Source: an uncultured delta proteobacterium (GTDB lineage: Bacteria > Myxococcota > Myxococcia > Myxococcales > Myxococcaceae). From it: a stretch of 64,000 nucleotides of DNA. Location: the NCBI GenBank assembly GCA_963776345.1, contig CAVZMH010000014.1, positions 32,001 to 96,000 on the forward strand. The letters run 5' to 3'. How positions within the stretch are numbered: position 1 is the stretch's first letter; each line of letters begins with the position of its first letter. A program made the position numbers and the translations under genes. Under the pieces are notes generated by a model that made no database searches, was not told the DNA's origin, and saw only the letters and a program-made list of their open reading frames with translations. Positions 40,213 to 48,847 of this stretch are shown piece by piece.

Positions 40213-43200
40213 TCAGCGCTCGGTGCGCCCGGCAGGGTTCTTCAGCGCGCCCTGCTTGATGGCCACCAGGTCGCGCGTCTGGAGCAGGTCCACCTGCCCC
40301 GCGAACCCGGCGAACGCCTCGTACTGCGCGACGGGGATCCGGGCCATGTCGAGCCGGTACCGCTCCTCGACGCGGAACACCTCGCCCTCCACCTCGTCGC
40401 GGGTGAAGAGGCCGAAGGGGCTCTCCAGCTTGCCGCCCTTGAGCGGATCGTCGACGTGCCACCCCCGCGGCAGCCGCAGCGCGACGTGGCTGACGTTCGA
40501 CTCGGTCGAGTCGATGAACAGCGGCGAGCGGCGCGTCCCCAAGGTCACGTACCGGCGACCCACCTGCGCCGGGTAGGTGAGCGGCCCGAGCGTCATCCGG
40601 CCCTCGTCCACCCGGGCGAACCGCGGGGCGACGAAGTGGTAGCGGAGCGAGAGGGGCGCGCCCACCGCCCGCTTCACGTCCAGCCGGAGCTGCGAGAGCT
40701 GCGCGCCGCCGAAGTAGCGCGAGAGCGCCTGCTGCAGCGCCTGGTCCCGCTGCTCGCTGGACACGCCCTCCAGCGTCTCGGCGAGCTGCGCCGCCTCGAA
40801 GCCGCTGTACACCTCCAGCACGTCGCCGCTGAGCGTCCCGTCCTCGGCCAGCGCGAGGTCGAGCGTCACCTCGCGGCCGCCGGACGATTTCTGCGCCGGC
40901 GTCTTCAGGGCGACGAGCGGCCGGCCGGGCTCGGGGAGGAGGTACGCCTCGCGCCCGTTCGTCGCCTGCTCCGGCAGGAGCCCGAACGGTCCGTAGCGGA
41001 TGACCGTGTCCAGCCACACCGGCTCGTGGCCTGGAACGTCGACCCGGAGGCACACGTAGGGGAAGAGCGCCTCGTTGGGGAAGCGGTACGGGCTCGGGTC
41101 CGTGGCGAAGGTCCGCACCATCGCCAGGCGCGCGGGGAATCCCTCCGCCTCGAGCGCCGCCTTGAGCAGCCACAGCCGGCTCCCCCGGTCCTGCGCCAGG
41201 GTGGATGCCGCGCTGAGACCGAGGCCCGCGTCGCGCCCCGGGATGCGATCCATCACCGCGGCGTGCAGCGCGCGAACGGCGTCCAGGCCGGACTTACCCG
41301 CCGCCGCGGCCCGGGCGAACGCCTCCACCTCGAAGGTGCGCTGGGCCCGGGCGGCCAGCGCGTCGCCGGTGGCGGTGAGGAGCCCGCTGGCGCCGGTGTC
41401 GCCCGCGCCGACGACGACGAAGGGGAGCTCCTCGGTCCCGGACGGCGGGGCGTTCGGCTCGGGGACCAACGCCGGCGCGCGGTGCACCTCCACCCGGACG
41501 ATGTCCCGCTCGCCCTCGGTCTTGACCGGCGGCGCGGGCATGTTGTGCGCGTCCACCGTCATCCCCGATCCGCGCGGGGCGACGACCGCGTAGGTCGCCC
41601 AGTCGTCCGCCACCCCGCCCACCTGGAAGTAGAAGGCGCCCGCGGTCCACCCCGGGCTCGCCGCGCGGCGCGACGGATGGGAGAGCAGATATTCGAAGTC
41701 CACCGAGTCGCCCACGCCCACCCCGGGGAGGCTGACGGTCTCCTTGTCCAGGCTCTCGGGCTCGAGCGCCGTCCCGTCCGCCTTGAGCGTGCGCAGCGCC
41801 AGCACCTGCGCGCCCTGCGGCACCTGCACCTCGGCCACGCGGGCCACCGCGCTCTGGTCCAGCGCCCTCTCCACGGTGTGGATCCGGTCCACCATCGAGC
41901 CGTCCGCGTAGGCGCGGGTGGCCGCGGCGTCGACCACCAGAACGCTCGAGCCTTCGACGTTGCTCCCCCGCGCGTCGAAGGCCTTGAGCGCCGCCCGGGC
42001 GTCGATGGCGAACTCGGCGAGGAGCTCCTTCCCCGTGCGGGCGCGCTCCACCATCCGCCGCAACGCGAGGTCCGAGCCGTCCAGGGCCAGCGCCTGCTCC
42101 CGGGCGGCGAGCGCCTCGGCGTCGTGCTTGCCGAGCGCGAGCGTGTCTCCGAGGCGCCTCCACAGCGCCGGGTCGCGCGGGCGCAGGGCGGTGAGGCCGC
42201 GGAGCAGCGCCGCCGCCTCGTCCGTCCGCCGGAGCGAGACCAGGAGGTCCGCCTCCTGGGCGCCGAAGGAGACGTCACCCGGCAGCCGGGCGCGGAGGCG
42301 CCGCATCTCGCTCAGCGCCCGGTCGAGCTTGCCGCGGAACTTCCAGTGGTTCACTCGCCGGAGCTGCTCGCCGGGGCAGGTGGAGATGGCGTCGAGCAGC
42401 CCATCGGTGGTGGCCACCGCGTCGCGTCGCCGGGCGACGTCGTAGCGGACCAGGAGCGCCTCGCACAGCCCGGGCACGCGCTCCAGGCTCTGCCGGGCCA
42501 GCGTGTCGGCCTGGGCGTCCACGCCCTGCGCGAGCGCGATGCGGGACTCGAGCCCCAGCACTGGCGTGCCCACCGGGGAGTGCGCCGCGCGCGCCCGGGC
42601 CGCCAGCGCCACCGCCTGGTCCACCCGCTGGTCGTTGACCGCGAGGAAGCCCCGGGAGAGGAGCGCACCCACGTTGCCCGGGTCCCGCTCCACCGCGACC
42701 TCGAGGTCCCGCGTGGCGCGTCCCTGGCCCACCTTGGTGGGAAGGCTCCGGTCGCGGAGCGCGAGCTCGGCGGAGAGCACGTTCCACGCCGCGGAGGCCG
42801 GGAGCGGCCCGAGCTCGGAGAGGAGGCGCCGGGAGCCGTCCACGTCCCGTCCCTCGCCGTCCCGCGCGGCGAGGAAGGTGGCCAGCGAGCGGCCCGCCTC
42901 CTTCTCCAGCGCCGCCTCCAGGCTCGCCGCGTCCGGGTAGAAGCCGGGCGCATCCTCCACCTTCACCCCGTCCCAGCGCGGCGCCGGTCCCCGCGCGGCG
43001 GAGAAGCGCACGCTCGAGGGCTGCCCATCGGCGCGGGAGACGGTGAAGACCAGCGAGCCGGTCCGCTCCTCCTTCAGCAGCACGGCCATCAGCCGGTGCA
43101 CGCCGGGCTCGAGCCGGACGGCGCGGGCGGCGGTGGTGGAGTCCGGCCGCTCGTAGGTCCGCCGCTCGTCGAGCAGGGCGCCGTCGAGCAGCATCCGGTG

Positions 43201-43995
43201 GGTGCTCGGGCTGATGGCGCGGACCACGTACAGCGCCGCGGTCGGCACCTCCACGTCCACTGCCATCACGTAGAGGTCGCCGACCAGCCCCTCGGCCTCG
43301 AGCGACAGCCGTCCCCCGGGGATGCCCAGCACCCGTGGCGTGACCGCGCCGAGCGGGCCGGTCAGCGAGTCGGGGATTGCGCCGGTGCGCTCGGGCTCAC
43401 TTCGCTCGCCGAAGCCGAGGAGGTGGAGCGCCGAGAGCGGTCCGAGCAGCGTGGCCTCCGAGGGGACTCCGGCGGCGGCCCGGGTCTCGGCGAGCTCGGG
43501 CCGGTCGTGGAGAAACTGGAGCTGGGTCAGCGCGGAGCGCAGGAGCACTGCCGTCTCGCCGCCGGCGCCCGCGGCCAGCGCCCGGGGCGCCTCGGCGAGG
43601 ATGCGCGCGTCGAGCGAGGCGGCCAGCCCGGCCGCGTCCTGGATCTCGCGCGCCGCCGCCGCCGCCAGCGGATGCCTCGGGGCCGCCTGGACCAGCCGGA
43701 GCGCGGCGTCGAGCGCTGCCTCCGGCTGCCCGTCGCGGCGGGCGAGCACGCCCTGGAGCGCCAGCGCGTAGGGCTCGGCCGGGTCACGACGGAGCGCGTC
43801 CTCGGCCAGCGTCCGGGCGCGCTCGGGCTGGTTCTCCACCAGCAGCGCGTGGAAGGCGGCGAGGGCCAAGGTGCGCGGCGGGGCGCCGGTGTCCCTCGCC
43901 CGCCCGGCGGCCTCGTCGAGCACGGTGGTGGGTGAGGGTGGGACGTGGGCGCAGGCGCACAGCGCGAGCACGAGGACGGGGAGGAGACGACGCAT
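40213..43995 (-). CDS. Large TPR lipoprotein with DUF3857/transglutaminase-like C-terminal region
   Basis: Lipobox LCAC; TPRs; RTLKADG..LEPE, GVGVGDSVDFEY, WLD. Confidence 0.78.
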   Translation of the reverse strand: MRRLLPVLVLALCACAHVPPSPTTVLDEAAGRARDTGAPPRTLALAAFHALLVENQPERARTLAEDALRRDPAEPYALALQGVLARRDGQPEAALDAALRLVQAAPRHPLAAAAAREIQDAAGLAASLDARILAEAPRALAAGAGGETAVLLRSALTQLQFLHDRPELAETRAAAGVPSEATLLGPLSALHLLGFGERSEPERTGAIPDSLTGPLGAVTPRVLGIPGGRLSLEAEGLVGDLYVMAVDVEVPTAALYVVRAISPSTHRMLLDGALLDERRTYERPDSTTAARAVRLEPGVHRLMAVLLKEERTGSLVFTVSRADGQPSSVRFSAARGPAPRWDGVKVEDAPGFYPDAASLEAALEKEAGRSLATFLAARDGEGRDVDGSRRLLSELGPLPASAAWNVLSAELALRDRSLPTKVGQGRATRDLEVAVERDPGNVGALLSRGFLAVNDQRVDQAVALAARARAAHSPVGTPVLGLESRIALAQGVDAQADTLARQSLERVPGLCEALLVRYDVARRRDAVATTDGLLDAISTCPGEQLRRVNHWKFRGKLDRALSEMRRLRARLPGDVSFGAQEADLLVSLRRTDEAAALLRGLTALRPRDPALWRRLGDTLALGKHDAEALAAREQALALDGSDLALRRMVERARTGKELLAEFAIDARAALKAFDARGSNVEGSSVLVVDAAATRAYADGSMVDRIHTVERALDQSAVARVAEVQVPQGAQVLALRTLKADGTALEPESLDKETVSLPGVGVGDSVDFEYLLSHPSRRAASPGWTAGAFYFQVGGVADDWATYAVVAPRGSGMTVDAHNMPAPPVKTEGERDIVRVEVHRAPALVPEPNAPPSGTEELPFVVVGAGDTGASGLLTATGDALAARAQRTFEVEAFARAAAAGKSGLDAVRALHAAVMDRIPGRDAGLGLSAASTLAQDRGSRLWLLKAALEAEGFPARLAMVRTFATDPSPYRFPNEALFPYVCLRVDVPGHEPVWLDTVIRYGPFGLLPEQATNGREAYLLPEPGRPLVALKTPAQKSSGGREVTLDLALAEDGTLSGDVLEVYSGFEAAQLAETLEGVSSEQRDQALQQALSRYFGGAQLSQLRLDVKRAVGAPLSLRYHFVAPRFARVDEGRMTLGPLTYPAQVGRRYVTLGTRRSPLFIDSTESNVSHVALRLPRGWHVDDPLKGGKLESPFGLFTRDEVEGEVFRVEERYRLDMARIPVAQYEAFAGFAGQVDLLQTRDLVAIKQGALKNPAGRTER

Positions 43996-44028
43996 GGTTG
44001 GGCTTGGTGCTCGGGCGGACGCCCGCGG

Positions 44029-45879
44029 TCACTTCTTGGCGTGGCGTGTGGTGGGTGCCGGGGTGCGCAGGGTCGCGGGCTTCTTGTCCGTCGTGCTCTT
44101 GCGCTTGGTGATTCCCTTGGCACCCGTCTTCGACTTCGAGGAGGAAGGCTCGGTGAGCACCATCGGCTCCGGGAGGTCCGGCGGCTCCCGGCCGACCTCG
44201 TAACCCACCTGCCGGAACGTGCACTCGCCGTCGATGCAGCCGAGGGCGGGCGTGGGCGGCGCGCCGAAGCTGTTGCGCCAGTCGGTGCCCAGATAGAGCG
44301 GCTCGCCGACCGGGCGCTGGTCCACGTCGGTGCCGACGAAGGCCTGGAGCTGCCCGGCGCGATCCACCTCCAGCTTCACGTGGGCGGCGCCGCCGGGCGG
44401 GCTCGGGGGGCCGAGCATGGTGCCCCGGCGCTCGCCGAGCGCCCACTCGAACGCCACCGGCTCGCCGGCGCCGGAGACGACGACCGCCACGTACCGGCCC
44501 GGGCTGCCGAGCAGCACCAGCGCCGACTGGGGCTCGCGGCCGACCCCGAGGAGCTGCTCGCGGAGTCCGGCCCAGAACGACGACGGCGGGGCGCTGGAGG
44601 TCACGTCGGCGATGAAGTGGGCCGAGATGCCGTCGCGGTCCACCAGGTCCAGGTTGAGCCGTCCCACGCTGACGTCGTCGGCGCTGGCGGGGAAGCGGAC
44701 CGTGCGGCCCTCGAGCCCGGGGATGCGGCCCCAGGCGATGAGGGGGATGGCGTCCGGGCCCTCTCCGAGCACCATGCGGCGCACGTTGCTGGTGTCGGCG
44801 ATGCGGCCGGGGGAGGTGGTGGCGGTCTCCAGCCGCAGCTCGGGCGCGGTGAGCGCGGTTCCCGGCGAGGGCCGCGCAGGCGGATGGTACCGGGAGCGGG
44901 CCCAGCTGATGCCCAGGATGGCGAAGGCCGCGACCACCACCGCCACCTCGGCGACCCGCATCGCCTTGCGCAGCACCGCCCGGACCTGGTTCTTCAGCTG
45001 CTCGACGCGGGAGATCTTCCGCGGCACCTGGCTGAACGACACCGGCGCGAACGGCTCGAGGTCGAGCATCAGGTCCATCACCCGCTGGTACCGGTCGGCG
45101 GGGGCGGGCTTCAGGCAGCGGAGGACGATGGCGTCGAGCCGCCGGTCGGTCCCCGGGCGGCGCTGGCTCGGGGGGTCGAAGGTGCCGATGGGGACCTCGC
45201 CCACCACCAGCTCGTAGAGCATCACCCCGAGCGAGTAGATGTCGGCGCGGTGGTCGGCGTTCTTCGCGTCGACCCGCTGCTCGGGCGCCATGTAGCTGAG
45301 CGTGCCCATCGAGACGTGGGTCTCGGTCACGTTGAAGCGGCCGGTGGCCTTGCTGTCGTCGAAGAAGGTGGCCAGCCCGAAGTCGGTCACCTTGGCGATG
45401 CCGCCGGCCTGCTCGTCGAAGAGGATGTTCTCCGGCTTGAGGTCGCGGTGGACCACCCCGCGGCTGTGCGCGTAGTCGATGGCCCGGGCGATCTCCATGA
45501 TGATCCGGAGCGCGCCGGGGATGTCGAGCAGGGGCGAGCGCATCACCTCGCGGAGCGAGGGCCCGTCCACGTACTCCATGACCAGGTAGTAGGTGCCGTC
45601 GGCCTTCCCCTTGTCGACGATGCTCACCACGTTGGGGTGGCTGAGCGTCGCCAGCGCCGCCGCCTCCTTGTCGAAGCGGGTGACGAAGGTGGGGTCCGCG
45701 GCCAGCTCGCCGGAGAGGATCTTCACCGCCACCACGCGGCCGAGGCTGAGCTGGACGGCCCGGTGGACCTCGCCCATCCCGCCCTTGCCCACCAGCTTCT
45801 CCAGCCGGTACCCGGGGATGTGCGGAGGGCCCGGCGCTGGCCGCGCGGGGGTCTGGGTGGCTTCGAGGGAGGCGGACAT
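44029..45879 (-). CDS. Transmembrane Ser/Thr protein kinase
   Basis: GKGGMG, VAVK, HRDLKPEN, DFG, GTLSYMAPE; TM segment. Confidence 0.95.
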   Translation of the reverse strand: MSASLEATQTPARPAPGPPHIPGYRLEKLVGKGGMGEVHRAVQLSLGRVVAVKILSGELAADPTFVTRFDKEAAALATLSHPNVVSIVDKGKADGTYYLVMEYVDGPSLREVMRSPLLDIPGALRIIMEIARAIDYAHSRGVVHRDLKPENILFDEQAGGIAKVTDFGLATFFDDSKATGRFNVTETHVSMGTLSYMAPEQRVDAKNADHRADIYSLGVMLYELVVGEVPIGTFDPPSQRRPGTDRRLDAIVLRCLKPAPADRYQRVMDLMLDLEPFAPVSFSQVPRKISRVEQLKNQVRAVLRKAMRVAEVAVVVAAFAILGISWARSRYHPPARPSPGTALTAPELRLETATTSPGRIADTSNVRRMVLGEGPDAIPLIAWGRIPGLEGRTVRFPASADDVSVGRLNLDLVDRDGISAHFIADVTSSAPPSSFWAGLREQLLGVGREPQSALVLLGSPGRYVAVVVSGAGEPVAFEWALGERRGTMLGPPSPPGGAAHVKLEVDRAGQLQAFVGTDVDQRPVGEPLYLGTDWRNSFGAPPTPALGCIDGECTFRQVGYEVGREPPDLPEPMVLTEPSSSKSKTGAKGITKRKSTTDKKPATLRTPAPTTRHAKK

Positions 45880-45945
45880 CGCTGGGGACGAGAACGTCCA
45901 TCCGAGGCTACCCTTCGATGGAACACCCGGACAACCGGACGAGCC

Positions 45946-46623
45946 ATGGCAACCCCCCGGGAACGACTGCAGGAATTGCACGCCCAGCTGGCGGGTTGCC
46001 GCGCCTGCCCGCGGGTGGCGGGGACCCCGGTGCACCCTTCCCCACAACCGGCGCGGATCCTCCTGGTGGGTCAGGCGCCCGGGCCGCGGGAGGCCTCGCT
46101 GGGGAAGCCCTTCGCCTGGACTGCGGGACGGACGCTCTTCGGGTGGTTCGCCTCGGTGCTCGGGGCGGACGAGGAGACGGTGCGGCGCCACGTGTACCTG
46201 TCGGCGGTGACCCGGTGCTTCCCGGGCAAGGCGCCCGGAGGTGGAGATCGGCGGCCGGATCCGGACGAGGTGACGCGCTGCCGGCCCTGGCTGCGGGCCG
46301 AGGTGGAGCTGATGCGCCCGCGGCTGGTGGTGCCGGTGGGGACGCTGGCCATCTCCGAGGTGATGGGGCACCGGGGCGGGCTGGCGGAGGTGGTCGGAAC
46401 CTCGCACCGGCTGGTCTTCGAGGGGCACCGCGCGGACGTCATCCCGCTGCCGCACCCGTCGGGGGCGTCGACGTGGCACCGGACCGAGCCCGGGAAGTCG
46501 CTGCTCGGCAAGGCGCTCGGCCTGCTCGCGGCGCACCCGGAGGTCGCGCGGGTCTTCGCTGCGCGGGGCTCACTGTCAGGCCGCGGACCGCGGACCGGGG
46601 AACGCCAGGTCCGCCGCCGCTGA
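45946..46623 (+). CDS. Uracil-DNA glycosylase family protein
   Basis: CRAC, VGQAPG, RCFPG, LPHPSG. Confidence 0.9.
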   Translation: MATPRERLQELHAQLAGCRACPRVAGTPVHPSPQPARILLVGQAPGPREASLGKPFAWTAGRTLFGWFASVLGADEETVRRHVYLSAVTRCFPGKAPGGGDRRPDPDEVTRCRPWLRAEVELMRPRLVVPVGTLAISEVMGHRGGLAEVVGTSHRLVFEGHRADVIPLPHPSGASTWHRTEPGKSLLGKALGLLAAHPEVARVFAARGSLSGRGPRTGERQVRRR

Positions 46624-46959
46624 CCCGCCGACCAGCGCATCGCCAGGCGTGAGCGCGACCAGGCGCTCGCCCAGCGCAGCGAGGCGTCGTGGGTTGACCT
46701 GGAGCACGGTCCATCGCCCACGCCTCAGCCGGACCACCAGGCCGGCCCGGTGGAGCACGGCGACGTGGTGAGAGACCAGAGCGTGGGGCTGGCCGAGCCG
46801 CGCCTCGAGATCGGAGAGGCACAGGCCCGGCTCACGCTCGCCGACGGGTCCAGCCCGCGGTCCGGGCGGCGAGGAGAGAAGCTGGAGGATGCGGAAGCGA
46901 ATCGGCTGGGCGAGGGCGCGGAGCGCGCCGAGCAGCGGCTCTCTGGGAGAGGGGTTCAC
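46576..46959 (-). CDS. ArsR/SmtB family regulator
   Basis: GTG start with AAGGAG SD; ALAQPIRFRILQLL...VSHHVAVLHRAGLV...RGRW. Confidence 0.82.
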   Translation of the reverse strand: MNPSPREPLLGALRALAQPIRFRILQLLSSPPGPRAGPVGEREPGLCLSDLEARLGQPHALVSHHVAVLHRAGLVVRLRRGRWTVLQVNPRRLAALGERLVALTPGDALVGGSAAADLAFPGPRSAA

Positions 46960-47029
46960 GCTCCTTCGGACGCCGGTGGGGGACGAGCGGAGCACGGTCC
47001 GTTCGCACCAGTCGCACCGGGTACGGCCA

Positions 47030-47045
47030 TAGAACGATCGTTCTA
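47030..47045. promoter_or_regulatory. Perfect 16-bp palindrome TAGAACGATCGTTCTA, candidate operator
   Basis: AT-rich perfect palindrome in the divergent arsR/luxR intergenic region. Confidence 0.6.
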
Positions 47046-47079
47046 GGGGGCTTCCGGTGCGTGGTGCGGCTGACCTAGT

Positions 47080-47838
47080 GTGCTTCGTCGCGGGGGCCCC
47101 ACCGGGAGAGGGGAGCAGGACAGGGCTCTCCACGTGTGTTCGGTGGATTCGGCAACCGGATCGTCCTTCCTCTCAGAGATCGCCGCCCTGGCCTGCGATG
47201 CACCCGGGCGACACGCATTCCGGGAAGGGGTCCTCGATCGGCTGACCAGGACCCTCCAAGCGCCGGTCGCAGTCTTCGCCACAGTTCCCCCGCTCGACGA
47301 CGGGAACAGCGTCTCGGCCCGCAACGTGGGCAGGCGCTGGGTTCTCGAAAGGTGGCACCGCACCGCTGCTGATCTCTTGAGCCATCTCCGCCCGCCCCAC
47401 CGCTGTGTCGTTCTCTCGCCGCTCCAGGGAGCTTCGCTTCTTCCCGTGGAGGGCGTCCCGGTCTGTCTGGTCCGCGGCGGCGTCCGCGTTCCCTCGGTGC
47501 TGGCGCTGGCCCGGCCGCGCCCCTTCTCGCCCGAGGAGCTCACCTTCCTGGAAGTGCTGCAGCCGGTGCTCGAGCTCGGCGACGAGCGACAGCTGGAGGT
47601 GGGCGACACGGTGACGGTCCAGCTCTCCCCGCGAGAGCGGCAGATCTTCGAGTACCTGGTTCGCGGGTTTCGCAACGAGGACATCGCCCGCGCCCTCGGG
47701 ACCTCTCCGGCCACGGTCCGCAACCAGCTGGTCCGGCTGTACCGGAAGACCGGCGTGGCCACCCGGTCGGAGCTGGTCGGTCTCGCCACCTCCCGTCTGC
47801 TCGGGTCCGGGGCCGAGCGCAGCCGAGGTGCCGCGTGA
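47080..47838 (+). CDS. LuxR-type HTH regulator (start uncertain)
   Basis: LSPRERQIFEYLVRGFRNEDIARALGTSPATVRNQL...TRSELV. Confidence 0.8.
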   Translation: MLRRGGPTGRGEQDRALHVCSVDSATGSSFLSEIAALACDAPGRHAFREGVLDRLTRTLQAPVAVFATVPPLDDGNSVSARNVGRRWVLERWHRTAADLLSHLRPPHRCVVLSPLQGASLLPVEGVPVCLVRGGVRVPSVLALARPRPFSPEELTFLEVLQPVLELGDERQLEVGDTVTVQLSPRERQIFEYLVRGFRNEDIARALGTSPATVRNQLVRLYRKTGVATRSELVGLATSRLLGSGAERSRGAA

Positions 47839-48671
47839 CCGGGCAACTGGGGAACCTGCCCGGGCCTCCCCGCCCCGCACCGGCGCCGGAGCTGATGAAG
47901 GAGATCACCCGGCTGGCGCTGGCCAGCAACTGCCGTTCGCAGTTCCGCTCCAGTGCGCTCCTGGCGCTCGGCGGCATGGTGCCCTTCGATCGCGGATGCT
48001 GGGAGGAGCTCCCACCGTCGGGGTCTCTCCGGGTGGTGGTGGCCGGACCGCTGAGCCGCGCCCTGCGCCCGCTCGCGGTCGGAGCCGCCCCTGCCGGGCT
48101 GCTGCGCCTGGAGCTGGAGCGGTTCGGCAAGGTCCGGGCGACGCTCATCCTGGAACTCGACGAGCGCGCCTTCCTCGATGAGGAGGTGGCCTTGCTCGGG
48201 GTGCTCCTGCCCACCCTCATCCTCGCCGACGAGGGAGCGGAGGCGGCGGCGCCCGCCGGCCCGGCGCGCACCCTGAGCCCCCGCGAGGCGGAGATCGTGG
48301 AGTACGTGCGGCTCGGCTACACCAACGCCCAGATCGCGCTGGCCACCGGGCGCTCGCTCGCGGCGGTGCGCAACCTCCTGGTCCGGATCTTCGACAAGAC
48401 GGGGGTGCGGTCCCGGGCCCAGCTGGTGACCGGGCCCTTGACCACCTCGGGGCTGACCCGGCGTGAGCGGCAGATCGTGGAGCACCTCCGCGCCGGGCTC
48501 ACCAACCGCGAGATCGGGCGCACCCTGGGCATCTCCGCGAACACCGTCCGCAACACCCTGGCCCGGCTGTTCGAGAAGGTGGGGGTGTCCACCCGCTCCG
48601 AGCTGATGGGCGCGCTGGCCGAGTCCGTGCCGTCCCCGGACCGGTCGCTGGGGCCCGGTACGGTCTGGTGA
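47835..48671 (+). CDS. Regulator with two tandem LuxR HTH domains
   Basis: LSPREAEIV...TNAQIA and LTRRERQIV...TNREIG. Confidence 0.85.
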   Translation: MTGQLGNLPGPPRPAPAPELMKEITRLALASNCRSQFRSSALLALGGMVPFDRGCWEELPPSGSLRVVVAGPLSRALRPLAVGAAPAGLLRLELERFGKVRATLILELDERAFLDEEVALLGVLLPTLILADEGAEAAAPAGPARTLSPREAEIVEYVRLGYTNAQIALATGRSLAAVRNLLVRIFDKTGVRSRAQLVTGPLTTSGLTRRERQIVEHLRAGLTNREIGRTLGISANTVRNTLARLFEKVGVSTRSELMGALAESVPSPDRSLGPGTVW

Positions 48672-48847
48672 GCTGCCCGACCTTCCAGTAACGAATCACC
48701 GATCGTGAAATCTTCATCGTGGGAGGAGCCCCGCTCCCGCGAGGTCCGATCGGTGTCCGACGCGGACGTACCAGCCGCGTACCGGTCGGTCGCACCAGGG
48801 AAGTGCGGGTGACGCTCCGGTATCTCCTCCGCTCCAACGGAGGAGGG

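Noticed and set aside
48796..48822. Cobalamin riboswitch (AGGGAA..GGTGA..TCCGG)
   Set aside because: Resembles only the 5' part; the downstream B12-box elements are absent before the ATG.
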